A stretch of 64,000 nt of DNA, taken from contig NC_068988.1 of the NCBI RefSeq assembly GCF_001194135.2, forward strand, positions 38,869,278 to 38,933,277, in the 5' to 3' direction. The translations under genes were made by a program, and so were the position numbers. The notes below the pieces were generated by a model. It did not search any database, was not told the origin of the DNA, and saw only the letters and a program-made list of their open reading frames with translations. Positions 50,036-63,720 of the stretch are shown piece after piece. Source of the DNA: Octopus bimaculoides (lineage: Eukaryota). Within the stretch, counting starts at the first letter, position 1, and every line of letters starts with the position of its first letter.

Positions 50036-50519
50036 ATAGTGGAGTACTACTCCCACACCTGAGATGATGCTACTACCACATCTTAGAATACATTCCCAAA
50101 GTCTGTTGAACTAATTGCTATGAAGTCTTTCAACAACATGCTCCAGCATCTAGCCCACTATCATACTGTGTTCACTCTCTGTCTTTTCTACTGATACTAC
50201 AATAGCCTCATCTCCTTAGAGCTCTATGCCCTCATGTCAATGTCACTCAGGCCCTCTTGACTCTCTTCAACCATTTTGGGTCACATATGCTAATCATTAT
50301 GCCCTATCCTTCCTCTCTAGATTATTGACTTTCTGGAATTATTCTTTCCCTGCCCACATGCTTTGTATCTCTTTGTAGCTACCACTCCCCTACTAAATGG
50401 GAGTAAACATGCAGCTCTTTTACAAGAACCTGTTCTGCTACCCTAATCCCTCTTCTCCTAGTAAAAGGCCAATAGCCCACCTCAGGGTTCATAGTCTTAC
50501 AAGCTGCATGGTGACCTCA

Positions 50520-50690
50520 CTAGTGCTGATGGCATGAAAACAAAGCACCCAGCATTAGGAAGGGTACCTAGCTGTAAAACCATGCCAAAGCTGACGTCAA
50601 TGTATTGTGCAGTCCTTGGACACATCGGATCCTGCCAAACTATCCAGCCCATGCCAGAAAGTAACATGGACGTTAAATGATGATGATGAT
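50520..50690 (+). mobile_element. RTE 3'UTR-derived repeat
   Basis: gcattaggaagggtacctagctgtaaa...cccatgccag...gacgttaaatgatgatgat. Confidence 0.75.
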
Positions 50691-52008
50691 GTACTTCTGT
50701 TTTCTGCAGCTGTTAACTTGTGACACTTTAAGTAGCGAGTTAAGTGTGTAAATCTCTCTGATCTTGATGGACCTGTGAAGGCTGTCTCTGGTCACTGTCT
50801 CTTCCTCCAAACCAAAATGAAAAAGAAAAAGAAGAAAAAAAAACCAACAACTTTCAGTGGCCATTTTGTTGTGTCACACAACATTGCTTGTTCAGATTTG
50901 CTTGATTGATTGAAAACAGATACTATCGAAACCTACTTCATTATAGAAAAGAAAACCACTCAGCTGTAAAAACTATTGCTTCAACAAAAAAAACGACCAT
51001 TGAATGGTCTTGTGTATGTGTGACTCTTATCTATAGATCTCTCTCACACACTGGCTTACACATATAGATTCTTAAATGTATAAGCATATGTGAAGAGAGA
51101 AAGGTTGAGTATAGAATAATATTGTTTAAAAGAATCAGAAATTGAAATCGTATTTTCCCATTGGCAAGCAATAAAGATCTCTCTATAGTAGGGAAAAATT
51201 TGATTTGTTTTTTTCCTTTTTTTTTTTGTCTTTCTTTCTTTAATTTATTTCTTCTCTCCCATTTTATCTCTTTCTCTATCTCCCTTTGAACTCTCTCCTG
51301 CTCAGTCTCTCTCATTTCTTTTCTCCTCTCTTCTGTTCTTCCTTCAGTCTCTCCATCTTCCTACATGTTTCATGTGATGGTTTTTAACAGAAATTGGTTG
51401 GTTGGTCAGTTGGTTATGGCTTACAGATAGACAATAATAAGTAAACTACATTGTGTTATCATTTCATCATAGTTTACATTAGATGAAACCCCATGTCTTA
51501 TGAAATCTGCAAGACTACTCACACTATTTCACACCTATTGCTGTTCAATATATAGTAGCCATTCAGTTTTTGCACACTGACTTAGTCAAGTCTTTTCTAT
51601 CTCTATTTTTTTTTTGTTTTTTTAATCGTATATTTTACTTATTTTTTGCCACTATATATTATATATTCACATCTCTTTTCTCGTGCTTTTTTTTTTACAG
51701 ATTTCTGCTTAATAAACTGTATTTTATTTATTTAGTAATCTTACACACAAACGTGTGTATGTATATAAATATGTGTACATATCTCTGTAGATGTGTTGTT
51801 ACTGTCTTTATTTCATTAGATTCCTTCCTTTGATGTGTTTGTGTTCATATATATATATATATATATATATATAAGAATGCAGAATTCAATGTATAAGATA
51901 TGCATGTACAGGTGAACACATAATCACAAGAATGTTTTAGTTTATATGTATATATGTACTCACATGTGCATCTATATGTTTATATATATATATTCATATT
52001 TGTGTTTG

Positions 52009-52072
<64 letters not shown>

Positions 52073-52770
52073 CAAATACTTGTATGCGCACTCTATAGTT
52101 ATGCACATGTACTTTGTATGAATGTAACGTTTATTTATCCAATATACAAAACTGAATTGATTTTTTTTGCCTGGTTATTTGATAGATTACAGACCAGTTA
52201 AAGCCATTCAATTTCTTTTTCTTTTTTTTTTTTTTAATTCTGATGTGAAGAGTGAAAATTTTAAAATTAAAATTGTTCAAAGACTGGCTAATAAAGCATT
52301 TGAAAAAAATAAAGTTAATTCATTTCAACTTATTTTACATGGAAGCTATGACTTACTTTTTGGGGTGGGTTTCATCATAATCATTATTGTTATTATTATT
52401 TCAACAAATATTTATCAATTTCTGAAATGAAAATGTTTCATATTTCTGGAATTACAGTAATTTCTCCTTAATACATTTTTGCTCTTTGTTCTTCTCAACA
52501 CTTTAAGTGCTTCTGTTCAAAATTTTAAAAGCTTTTTCACTTCAGGTATAAGGGATTGGCACTGTAATTATTTTTCTTTATATTTTTTTTTTTCTATATT
52601 TGTAAATTTAAATATGAGCCAAATATGCCTCAGATCGTCATACCATCTTCAAAGAAGAACGCTCTTGAATAGAAAACAAAATGCACTGCTGGATACATTA
52701 TAACTTAAACAAGAACCACAGCATGAACAATTGGACCATGTGTGTCTACTCAGTTAGGACTGACTTGGAT

Positions 52771-52996
52771 TTAACCCTTTAGCATTCAGATTGCTCTGTC
52801 AAATATAATGCTTATTTATTCACGTTGTTTTAATAATACTTTATCTTGAAGCTTCAAGCTATCAGTGATATTGATTGTACATTTTTAGAATGACATTGTA
52901 GGGAAGGTAGGTGTGAGAGGCCAGATCTGTCTGCATTGAATTTAAAACAAATCAAATATTTGGGCCAGACCTAGTCAATTATAATGCTAAAGGGAT
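52771..52996 (+). mobile_element. piggyBac-like MITE
   Basis: TTAACCCTTTAGCATT...AATGCTAAAGGGATAG. Confidence 0.8.
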
Positions 52997-53524
52997 AGTC
53001 ATGTTTTCAACAATGAGTGTTCCAGTTGATCGTTCAACTGTTCTAAACAACCTTATCATTATAGTCTGGAAGTACTCATGAGCATTCTTGGTGTTGGACT
53101 AGGCTTGAGTTCTACCATATCCTCTGTAAGATACCCATGTAGTTCTTGATAGACTACTAGTTTGATCTTTGTTTTCTGACTGTCATTTAAGTGTCTCACA
53201 AAATTCAATCCCATCTCCTACTCTCCTTACAAATCACTTCCCTTACCATACTTTATTTAAGCTGTTTCAATGATCCATTCATTCTCAATTGCTGAACTGA
53301 AGGTCCGTTGATTCCATGCCATCCCATAAGCCTGGAATGAAGATGCGCACGATGCACTGGGAGAGGTGGCCTCATTTGGTGTATAATGCTTTGGCTTCAT
53401 TTTAAGCTCACACTTCTAAATTACTTTTCCGTCAGCAAATAAACTGTGCTAAACACTATTTGGTTTCTTAGTGTTAGCTTAAAGATCTCCGTCAGCAACA
53501 ATAGTAATAATAATAATAATTGTC

Positions 53525-54215
53525 TGTAATTTTAGGGAGGGAGGGTTAAGTCAGTTACATCGACACTGGTACTTTATTTTATTGAGCCTGAAAGGATAAA
53601 CGGCAAAGTTGACCTTGGCAATATTTGCACTCAGAATTTAAAGATACAGAAGAATTGTCACTAAGCATTTTTCCAGTGCTTTTACAATATTGCCATCTCA
53701 TTGTCTTATCAATAATAATAATAATCCTTTCTACTATAGGCAGAAGGCCTTAAATTTTCCAGGGAGCTAATCAGTTACATCGATCCCAGTACATAACTGG
53801 TACTTAATTTATCAATCACAGTGTGTAACCAGCACTTAATTTTTCAACTCCAGTGCATAACTGGTACTTAATTCATCGACCCTGAAAGGATGAAAGACAA
53901 AGTCGACCTCGGTGCAATTTGAACTCAGAATGTAAAGACAGAGGAAATGCTGCTAAGCATTTTGCTCGGCATGTCAATGATTCAGCCAGCTCACCTCGTT
54001 TCAATAATAATAATTATTTCTATTACAGGTACAAGGTCTGAAGTATTTGTGTGGAGAGGCTAGTCAATTTCAGCGATTTCTGTGCCCAACTGGACTGTGT
54101 TTATTGACCCCAAAAGGATGAACGGCAGAATTTGAACTCGGAACATAATGCTGAAACACATGGCACTAAGCATTTTGGCTGCTGCACTAGCAATTCTGCC
54201 AGCTCACTGCCTTGA
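53525..54215 (-). mobile_element. Three tandem SINE family C copies
   Basis: Three ggatgaa-x-gcaaagt/ttgaactcagaa units separated by (AAT)n; the middle copy has a triplicated ~31-bp segment (53785-53880). Confidence 0.88.
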
Positions 54216-54409
54216 TAATAATGATGATTATTATCTTTTAATAATCATAATAACAACAAACGGACACAGGATACCATAGTCTCTGGTAAACAGAAAGACT
54301 AGATGATCACAGCTGGAGCGTCTTTGATCATAGGCCTCTTTGATACGGGTTGATCTGAGGTTAAACGGCAGCAATCTCGATCAGAATATATTTTACATTC
54401 TTTTAACAG

Positions 54410-54796
54410 AACTGTATATCTAGATTAAATATCTGTAAGGAACTCGACCAGTTTGAAGCATGGCAGGTCATAGAAACTATCTTTGATTACTTTATTATTA
54501 GTAAATAACTCTGCTTGCAAAACAGTAGTCGAGCTAATGTTAACATATTTAATGCATGGACCATTAAAAAGCTAATTAGAAGTAATTATGTGGTGGTGGA
54601 AAAAAATCAATATCAATCTATGACTGATGTTATTAAGTGTTTGAACAAATCAGAGACAATTCCAAACATGTTTTGGTATCATTTTCGATCTCTCTGGCAA
54701 AGCTCTTCTTCACTTGTCAAAATAGTGGTGAAAGATTGTAAATTAGTTGGTATCCTCTACCACCTGCCAGAATTGTTAGTTCTGTACCTAAATTAG
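54410..54796 (+). pseudogene. Unassigned coding-like segment (128 codons, one internal TAA)
   Basis: NCISRLNICKELDQFEAWQVIETIFDYFIISK*LCLQNSSRANVNIFNAWTIKKL...; acceptor ttcttttaacag at 54409. Confidence 0.25.
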
Positions 54797-54859
54797 ACAT
54801 TATTTTTAGTAAAAATAGTTCTTTTGTAGAATCACGTAGACCTTTTTTTAATGACAAGC

Positions 54860-55345
54860 TCAGGAAAGGAAAGAATAGTTACTGGCAGAACCATTAGTGC
54901 ATTGGACAAAGTGTTTAACAGTATTTCTTCCAGCTTCTCATATTCTGAGTTTAGATTCTGCTGAGGTAAACCTAGCCTCTCATCCTCTTTTGAGGTTGAT
55001 AAAATGAGCATGAACTGAGCACTGGTATCAATGTGATTGACTAACCCACTCACCCAAATTTCAAGCCTTGCACCTCATCATCATTATCATCATCCATTTT
55101 TCATGCTGGCATGGGTTAGATGGTTTGCCAGGACTAGTAAACTAGAGAGCTGTACCACGCTTCAGTCTGATTTGGCTTAGTTTCTATGCCTGGATGCCCT
55201 TCCCAAGACCAACCACTCCAAGAGTGTAGTGGGCACCTTTTACATGTCACCAGCACAGGTGCCTTAAATGTGTCACCAGCATTGGCCATGAATACGAATT
55301 CACTTGGCTTGTCATGTCTTCTCAAGCATAGCAAATTGCCAAATG
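54860..55345. mobile_element. SINE family C (+, 54860-55075) abutting an RTE 3'UTR repeat (-, 55075-55345)
   Basis: Family motifs meet at a (CAT)n tract. Confidence 0.8.
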
Positions 55346-55664
55346 TCTCAATCACTTGAGACTCAAAAAAAAAAGAAGAAAAAAAAAACAATAAATTGCT
55401 TGTGTTTTAAGGACCCAGGGCTGTACTAGTGACATGATACTAACAACCGATCTCTCTAATAGACTAACTGCAGTAACAAAATTCACAATGAATAAGTAGT
55501 TGCTGTTTACCTCTTAAATCCACTCATTAGATTTGACTGATTTTCAGTTCTCCCACACACTGTATCTCCTGTGGTTGGGAGAGTATCATCATCGTAAGTG
55601 TTTTAGTTTCCATTTCTCCACACTGGCTTTGACTGGACAGACCTGCAATACACTACATATCTAT

Positions 55665-55897
55665 ATTATAATCTTTTATCTTTTACTTGTTTCAGTCATT
55701 GGACTGCAGATAGATTGGGGTACTGTCTTGAAAGGTTTAGTTGAACATATTGACCCCAGTACCTATTTTTTAAGTCTGGTACTTATTTGGTCTTTATCAT
55801 TGAACTGCTAAGTTTTGGGGGCATAAACAAACGAACAAGTGTTCTCAAGCAATGGTTGGGACAAACACAACACCTATGCAATGACACACACATAAAT

Positions 55898-55936
<39 letters not shown>

Positions 55937-55950
55937 ATAATGGGCTACTT
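55665..55950 (-). mobile_element. SINE family A, 3' half
   Basis: cttttacttgtttcagtcattggactgc...gacccca...ggacaaacac. Confidence 0.8.
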
Positions 55951-56444
55951 TCAATTTCATGGTTAGGAAGCAAGCTTCCTAAGGGCACAGCCAGGTTGAC
56001 ACATGAGATTTGAGGGTTATTTGGCTGCTACTTCTAGCAGGTTAAGCAGCCGTGTATTTACACAAATTAGTTATATACTACAGTAAGAAGTTCCACTTTG
56101 CAACACCTTGGGTCTTGTGAATGGTTGAAAGAAAATGAGAAGCTCATCGTGTGTGCATGTGTGTGTGTGTGTGTGGATTTCATTCCACTTGTTTTCATTA
56201 ACAAAGCCTGAGTGAAAACTGTCTTTCTGTACAAATTGTGTCCTATAAGCAAAATGTCTCATAGTTTCAGCTTTCAATTTATGAAGACTTGTGCTATGCC
56301 ATAAAAAAAAATTTTTTAATGCATTACTTGGAGAACAGGAAGAGCCTCTGGCCTTAGAATACTCAACAACTTTGATATAACCCATGCCAGCTTGAAAAAA
56401 AACAGACTTAAAACTGATAAAATATGAATAAATGAACAAACAAT

Positions 56445-56835
56445 TATTGAGATGGTGGATCATCAGAATCAGTTGCAACTCTTTATGGTTTGAGTTCAAA
56501 TCCTACCGAAGTCAGCTTTGCCTTTCATTCCTTAACAAGTTAATTAGCTCCCTACCACCAAATTCCAGACTTTTTGCCTATGTTAGAGACAATTATTATG
56601 ATTATTATTATTAATATTATTATGGTGGTAAGCTGGCAGAATTGTTAGCACACCAGGCAAAATGCTTTGCGACATTTTGTCTGTAGTCATGTTCTGAGTT
56701 CAAATTTTACTTGGGTTGACTTTGCCTTTCATCCTTTCAGGGTCGATAAATTAAGTACCAGTGAAACACTCGGATCAATGTATTTGACTAGTCCCCTCCC
56801 ACCAAATTTCAGACCTTGTGCCTTTAGTAAGAAGG
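56445..56835 (+). mobile_element. Two tandem SINE family C copies
   Basis: gagttcaaat...ctttgcctttcat motif twice, with (ATT)n between. Confidence 0.85.
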
Positions 56836-56867
56836 ATTATTATTATTATTATCATTATCATGCCTGC

Positions 56868-57658
56868 AAGAAATGAAGCAAGTATGCTCCGCTGGATGTG
56901 TAATGTCAGTGTGCATACACGACAGAGTGTAAGTGCCCCGAGAGAGAAGTTGGACATAGGAAGCATCAAATGTGGTGTGCAAGGGAGATAACTGCACTGG
57001 TATGGTCATGTGTTGTGTATGGATGAGGACAGCTGTGTGAAAAAGGGTTACACCCTAGCAGTAGAAGAAACCTGTGGAAGAGGTAGACCTGGGATGAGGT
57101 GGTGAAGCATGACCTTCGAACGTTGGGCCTCACGGAGGCGATAATGTGTGGCCAAGACCTTTAGAGATATGCTGTGCTTGAGAAGACCCAGCAAGCCAAG
57201 TGAGACCATAACCGTGGCCTATGCCAGTGCAACATAACCGGCCTGTTCAAGAGTACCCTTCAATATTGGGCTTGCAAAGACCTGTTGAGTCAAATGAAGT
57301 CATTGTTGTGGCTGATGCCAGTACTGCCTAACTGGCACCCATACTGGTGGCACATAAAAAGCACCATTTGAGCATGGTCGTTGCCAGTGCCACCTGACTG
57401 GCTCCTGTGCCAGTGGCATGTGAAAAGCACCATTCAAGCATGGTCGATGCCAATACTGACTGGTCCTCCTGCCGGTGGCATGTAAAAAGCACCCACTACA
57501 CTATCGGAGTAGTTGGCATTAGGAAGGGCATCCAGCTGTAGAAACTTTGCCAGATCAGATTGGAGCCTGGTACAGCCTTCTGGCTTGCCAGTCCTCAGTC
57601 AAACCATCCAACCCATGCCAGCATGGAAAGTAGATGTTAAACGACAATGATGATGATA
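56868..57658 (+). mobile_element. RTE-clade LINE 3' end
   Basis: SMLRWMCNVSV...LHWYGHVLCMDEDSCVKK...GRGRP..(W)DEVVKHDL, the typical RTE C-terminus; 3'UTR with repeated ggtggcatgtaaaaagcacc blocks; GAT tail. Confidence 0.92.
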
Positions 57659-57671
57659 GTTATTATCATTG

Positions 57672-58375
57672 TGGTGAGATGGCAGAATCATTAGCATGCC
57701 GGGCAAAATGCTTAGCAGCATTTCATCCATCTTTATGTCCTGAGTCCAAATTCCACTGAGGTCATCTTTGCCTTTCATCCTTTCAGGGTCAATAAATTAA
57801 GTACCAGTTTTGTACTGGGGTCAATCTAATTGGCCGGCCTCCTCCCCAAAAATTTCGGACCTTGTGCCTAGAGTAGAAAAGATTATTACTATTATTATTA
57901 TCATTATTATTATCATCAAGACAGTTGGATTCGCAGAAAGATTAAACATAGAATGAAAAACCTTGTGGTATTTATTCTGGCTCTTAACATTCTGAGTTGA
58001 AATCCCACCTTGGTCAACTTCCTCTTTCATCCTTCCATAGTTGATAAAATAAAGTACCACTCTAATTAGTGGTAATTGATTTAATCAACTCCATCCCTCC
58101 CTCCGTCCTTCAAGCTTCCTGGCCTTGTGCCTATGTAACAAAATCAATTATTGTTATTATTGCCACAATTGTTAGAACTTTAGACGCAAAAATACATCAG
58201 AGTATGTATTAGTTCCAGCTCATTACGCTCCAAGCTTAAATCCCACTGAGGTCAAATTTGCTTTCATCTTCTCAGGGTCAATAAAATTAAGTACCAGTCA
58301 AGTACTAAGAGTGATGTAATTGGCTGCCCTCTGCCTCTGCAATCATTCAGGCCCTGTATCTTATGCTGGAAACAA
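57672..58375 (+). mobile_element. Three tandem SINE family C copies
   Basis: Three units, each ending in an ATT-rich tail. Confidence 0.85.
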
Positions 58376-58517
58376 TTATTATCATTATCATTTAATAAAG
58401 AAAACAGGTGTCTGGGTTTATAGTAACTGTGACTAAAACTTCTCTGGTGTTATTTTCATCATGCTTGGTCAGTTAATATCAGCATAAATTATATATATAT
58501 ATACATATATATGTAGA

Positions 58518-58890
58518 TGCAGGTGTGGCTTCCCAAAAACATGGTTCCGAGTTCAGTCTCACTGTGCGACACCTTGGGAAAGTGTCTTCTACTATAGCCT
58601 CAGGCCAACCAAATCCTTGTGAATGGATCTGGTTGACAGAAACTGAAAGAAGTTCATCAATTATATATGTATATGTGTGTTTGTGTGTGTGTGTGTGTGT
58701 GTTTTCATGGCTGTATTTGTACCCCCCTATCACTTGACAACTGGTGTTGGTGTGTTTACTTAGCAGTTCAGTAAAGAGACCGATAGAATAAGTATCAGGC
58801 TTGACAGAAAATAAGTAGTAGGGTCAATTCATTCGACGAAAAACTGTTCAATGCAGTGCCCCAGTATGGCCACAGTCTGAAAGAAGTAAA
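58518..58890 (+). mobile_element. SINE family A
   Basis: ggttccgagttcagtctcactgtgcgacaccttgggaaagtgtcttctactatagcc. Confidence 0.88.
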
Positions 58891-59409
58891 AGATACACAC
58901 ACGCACACAAACACTGGAGTTTATTCAGTTATAGTAATAGTAGGCTGTCTTTTTAATGCATAGATGACCACTAACATCACCGTTACTAGTGTTACTACTT
59001 ACGTATATGCAGTAGGACTATATTTTTAGATACCTATGTGCAATAGCATATATATATATATACTCATACATAAGTGAGTGTACGTTACCCTAAATTTACT
59101 ATTTAATATTGTTGTTGTTGCTTAGCTCGTATCAACCTGATATGATCAAAAGGCATGCTGTTTTTGCTGTTCTTTCCTTTTTTCATTCATAATACAGTGT
59201 ATCTAGGATCACATTATTTATTTGGGGTTTCCTTATTGAAAAGGTATGGCTTAAGGAGATTGGGCTGTTATTTCTTGTAGATGGGACTACCATGTAGAAG
59301 TCCTGTTTTCGGCATGACAATTATTTCTGTCTGTCTCTTTCTGTCTCCTCCTATGCACTTCTCAATTCTTCATACAATCTATTCAGATAACTTTTCTCAT
59401 CCCTTGCAC

Positions 59410-59517
<108 letters not shown>

Positions 59518-60241
59518 CACTGGCTACCTCTTTGGTTGTGCTGTAATGTAAGACGCCAAGACTGGATAGAGGATGCTGTGAGTCCTGTGAGAAAATCTTG
59601 CTAGTGTTGCTTTCATGATATTAAATACCCATGTTACACATGTTTTTGTCTAATAAATCACCTGGTTCTATGCAACCATATAGCACTTGGCTGCAATATA
59701 TGCAATAGAGACTTAGACATTTATACACATGCACGTGAGCACACACATTTACACAACACTTGTCTTCATCCCAAATTTTTATTCCAGATGTTCAATACAT
59801 CATTGAATTTCAGTCTGTCTTACTGTTGAAATCACCGACATCCATCACCATCATCATCACCGACATAATTGTAATTCTAGTTAAGATACTACTCTTTATT
59901 TAAGTCTCTCACACAGTAACGATAGTTATTCAACCTTATAATTCTGTTCATACACACATTTTATAATTTGATCTAACTATTTATATTGTGTGTCTACCTT
60001 ACTCAGAATAACTTGTTCTCTTATAAGGAAATTGGTTTATTTTACATAGGAAATCTTCATCAATGTAAATGTTCATTTTGGGATATTGCAACCAAATTTA
60101 CGCAAATACATTTTGACCTAATAAATATTCATAGACTCATTTCCGGTTCAGATATACCTTATGTCTGAAGTAGCCAGTGCTGCTATGTAGGAGTAAGTTT
60201 CCAAGAAACTAATTCCATAGCAGAGCAGTTTTAATTCCTAG

Positions 60242-60414
60242 ATATAGTCGACTCACTTTACTGGCGTACCTCAACTGAAGTCTGTAACGGGTTTCCAGAC
60301 AAGCAACCTGACTTGAAAATCATGAAAAGAAAAAAAGACCTTTTTGAAAATTTATTAGCTTACCCCTGTTTTAATAAATGGTTTTGTACATATTTTCACA
60401 TGGATTTTATTTGA
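60242..60414 (+). CDS. Candidate phase-1 exon (D)IVDSLYWRTSTEVCNGFPDKQPDLKIMKRKKDLFENLLAYPCFNKWFCTYFHMDFI*
   Basis: Acceptor ttttaattcctag; 57-codon open frame; CpG retained. Confidence 0.2.
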
Positions 60415-60440
60415 TTTTCTACTTTAATATTGGTTTGTAG

Positions 60441-60595
60441 GTGCTTTTTTTTAAAGTGTTTATGCTTTTATATATGCTTGCTGAGATCATGTAAAGTCAG
60501 ATAAATTGACTGAAGTTGAGGTTTATTTTTTCCATTGATTTCTTGAAAAAGAAAACTACATAAAAAAGATGTAACTCAAAATGGTGAATGTTGAG
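60441..60595 (+). other. Candidate exon: UTR plus MVNVE, phase 0
   Basis: Acceptor ggtttgtag, caaaATGG at 60581, donor GAG|GTACGC. Confidence 0.25.
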
Positions 60596-60872
60596 GTACG
60601 CTTGTACTTATGATTGATGAAAATCCCATTAAGGCCATATATTACTTAGAAATCAACTAAAATAAGTCAACAAAGATCTTCTATTTAGTTATTTAATCTG
60701 CTTGAAGCAGCAGTAAAATCTCCCTTAAATTACGCCTTAATATCTTAGAAGGAAAAAAATGATTAAAGAAGATGTTCGGTAATGTAATTCTTGAAGAGAA
60801 AAGGTGGATGGTCACTGTTTGAAAATCCTTTGAACCTGAGTCCACTTAAGTAGGGCTCATCTAGGTCTAAAC

Positions 60873-61164
60873 CAGGGCTGGCTAACCAGAGGTCCATGGG
60901 CCACACTGCGGCCCTCTTGATACTTTCTTGAAGTATTGTGTTCAATTTCAAAATAAAATTGTGTAAAACATTTGATTCAAAATAAATTCAAAATTTATAA
61001 GTGTCAATAAAGCAATAGCCTACAATTTTATAATTCTAAACAAACGAAAAGAATGAAAAATTCCTGATTCTGTAATTTGATTGCATAAAGTATACAAGTG
61101 GCCCTCAAAAAACTTTCTGTGATTAAAGTGGCCCCCGCAATGTAATTCGAGTTGGCCAAGCCTG
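60873..61164. mobile_element. hAT (Charlie-like) MITE, 292 bp
   Basis: TIRs CAGGGCTGGCTAAC / GTTGGCCAAGCCTG; 8-bp TSD GTCTAAAC/GACTAAAC (7/8); subterminal gcggccc/gtggccc motifs. Confidence 0.85.
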
Positions 61165-61226
61165 GACTAAACCAACGACACCAACCAATTGACAGATTGA
61201 TAGTTTGTAATTCTGTTACCACAATT

Positions 61227-61453
61227 TTTACCCTTCAGCATTAAAATTACCCTGTTAAATGTAATGTTTAATTATTCACATTGTTTCGAATTAATCATGC
61301 ATTACCTTGTAACTTCAAGATTTCAATGCTGTGATTGTTTATTTTTAGAATAACATTGTAGAGTAGGTGTGAGAAACAGATCTGGCTGGTTTGAATATAA
61401 AGCAGGTCAAATACTTGGTCCAGAAATGTCCAGTTTAAATGTTAATGGGTTAA
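61227..61453 (+). mobile_element. piggyBac-like MITE
   Basis: tttacccttcagcatt...aatgttaatgggttaa; interior matches the family. Confidence 0.8.
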
Positions 61454-63539
61454 TGTAACTGTATCTGAGATACTCAATTCTTGACAGACTTGTTTTAGAC
61501 TATAACTGCTTTCTATTAGTAAATAATTCACTGATAAAATGATGACTGCACTATCAAATTGACTGGTGTTTTCTTAACAAGCATTGCTGTGGTGGAGCTT
61601 TCATATGGCACTTGAGCAGTCCATTAGAAATTTTTCACCCTTGAATTGCTTCCTGAAGGCTATACTTTTTTTCTTTCTTACTTTTCATGATGTTTAGTAC
61701 TCAAATTAACGATTAACAGAACTATCATCTTACAAGAGTTCCCTTCCAAAGTACATGAAATTGTGAAATTAGCAGAACATCAGGCTTAAATTCCTTACAG
61801 TATATAATTACATTCCCATACATTTTGAGCTCAAATCTTGTCAGGCCATGGTTGACTTCATCTTTCATCCAGAATAATATACCAGTTATGTACTATAGTT
61901 GGTCCAGGCAACAAGAGTGAGCAAGAAGAGAGACAATGTGTATGTGTTAGAATTCTATAGCTTTATCACATCACCAAAGGTTGAGTTTTCTTTTAGATAT
62001 CCTTGCATCACATTCCTGCTAATATCTGCTAGTTCCTTCCCAAGGCACATTTCTGTTCATTCATCCAACAACTCTTTATCCATATCCTTTAGGGTAAAAG
62101 TAGATATTTTCAACTCCAGAATACAAAAAAGGCATTGCAAGTGAGAAGCGTTGTCTTCACTAACAACACAGATAAATGTTGGTATATGTTATTGTATACA
62201 ATACATGTGTAGCCAGTAATTTGAGCTTTTGTGATTGTAGATATTTCATTTCATATTATTAGTGGCTTCATATTATTCATTGTTGGAGTTCAAGGAACTG
62301 ATGAAACATCAGAGGATTACATTTCATTGATTCTCTTTAATTAGAAGTGATTGTGTTTATGCAAAGATGATGTTATCATCATGTTGTCTTTCAGCCTCAG
62401 GTCAACCATGATCATGCAAGACACATGATGAAAGGCATTCTAACCATGACCATACTGTCTTTTTGTTGGACAGGGGCATCTAAGACTATTTAATTCATTT
62501 TCCCTTTTTATCAAGGCAACACAGTCAGGTGTGATTTGAGGGAAGTTTCACTGATATTTCTTGCAAGTTGAGTAACCAACTATTTACTCTCCACTCAAGC
62601 GACATAGTGGTGATTGTGATATAGTAGATATTGACAGTGTTGTTGTAGTTGAAACATCAGAGTGTGACTTGAGGAAGAACTGGCTCTTATTTCTAGCACG
62701 TGGCCACATAAATAGTCCCTTGTTTGGTGCTTTACACCATAAGTTTTGTGAAAGAGATTGGATGTTTCCTAATCTTAGAATTATGTGGTGATCATGTCGA
62801 GGGGTGAGGCCTGTGGAGGGATTGTGGTTTTCTTCTTACATCAGTTACACCTGTAGCAACTGAATTTTCTCATTCTTTTACTGGTTTTTATTTCAATCAC
62901 TGGACACGGTAGCCATGCTGGGACACTACCTTAAGGGGTTTTAGGACTTTTGTCTAATACCATTTTGTCAGCCTCGGGAATAAAAGTCTATTGGGTGTTT
63001 GGGTGTAAAACAAGGCAACCATGAGAGATTGAAATACAACAATGCATTTTCTTTCTGATGCACATTTAAGAAATTTTTTTACATCTAATGCCAACATAAA
63101 CTCTCTCTCTCTCTCTCACATACACACACACAAACAACATTAACAACATATTGTTTAGCCCCTCCCTACCCAAGTCAGCCCTGATCACATAGACATAAGT
63201 ACAGTTATCTCAATCATGATAATTTTCTTTTAAGTATACTGTATCTTGGACAATATTATTAAATGTATCCCCACCCCTTTTTATTTTTAAAGCTGGTAGG
63301 GTGTAATTTGAAGATTCATCCACTGTTTCTCACAGTTTGTGACCATGTAGAGGCTAGTCTTAGAAATTTATGAGAGGACATATGATTGTTAAATGCTACT
63401 ATCTTCCATAAACCATTTGACTTAAATTATATTCTTTGAGGAGTAACAAGTGGAATTTTGTACCCTTTTCCACTGCCATTGATGTGTATGCCAGAAAATA
63501 TAGTGTGTTTGTTTGTTTGTGGGTTTTACTTGTTCAAAT

Positions 63540-63720
63540 CAAACGTATGGGCACTATATTGCAAACAAGTTAAAAAAGAAAAACTGCCTACATTTATTAT
63601 GAGATACCTAAGACATATCATGAACGTCATGACAAGTTCAGGACAGAAAACTGGTTTGTGTATGGTCCAAAGAATGGGGGTGGGGACTCAATTATCAAGA
63701 CACTTGCGTTACTCACAGCT
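63540..63720 (+). mobile_element. Possible degraded non-LTR RT fragment
   Basis: YYEIPKTYHERHDKFRTENWFVYGPKNGGGDS resembles the P-x-x-x-GG-x-G thumb motif of non-LTR RTs; stops on both sides. Confidence 0.3.

Noticed and set aside
52186-52430. Phase-1 terminal exon DYRPVKAIQF... (and DFCLINCILFI* at 51701)
   Set aside because: Frames run through poly-T and (ATT)n low-complexity sequence; composition is not coding-like.
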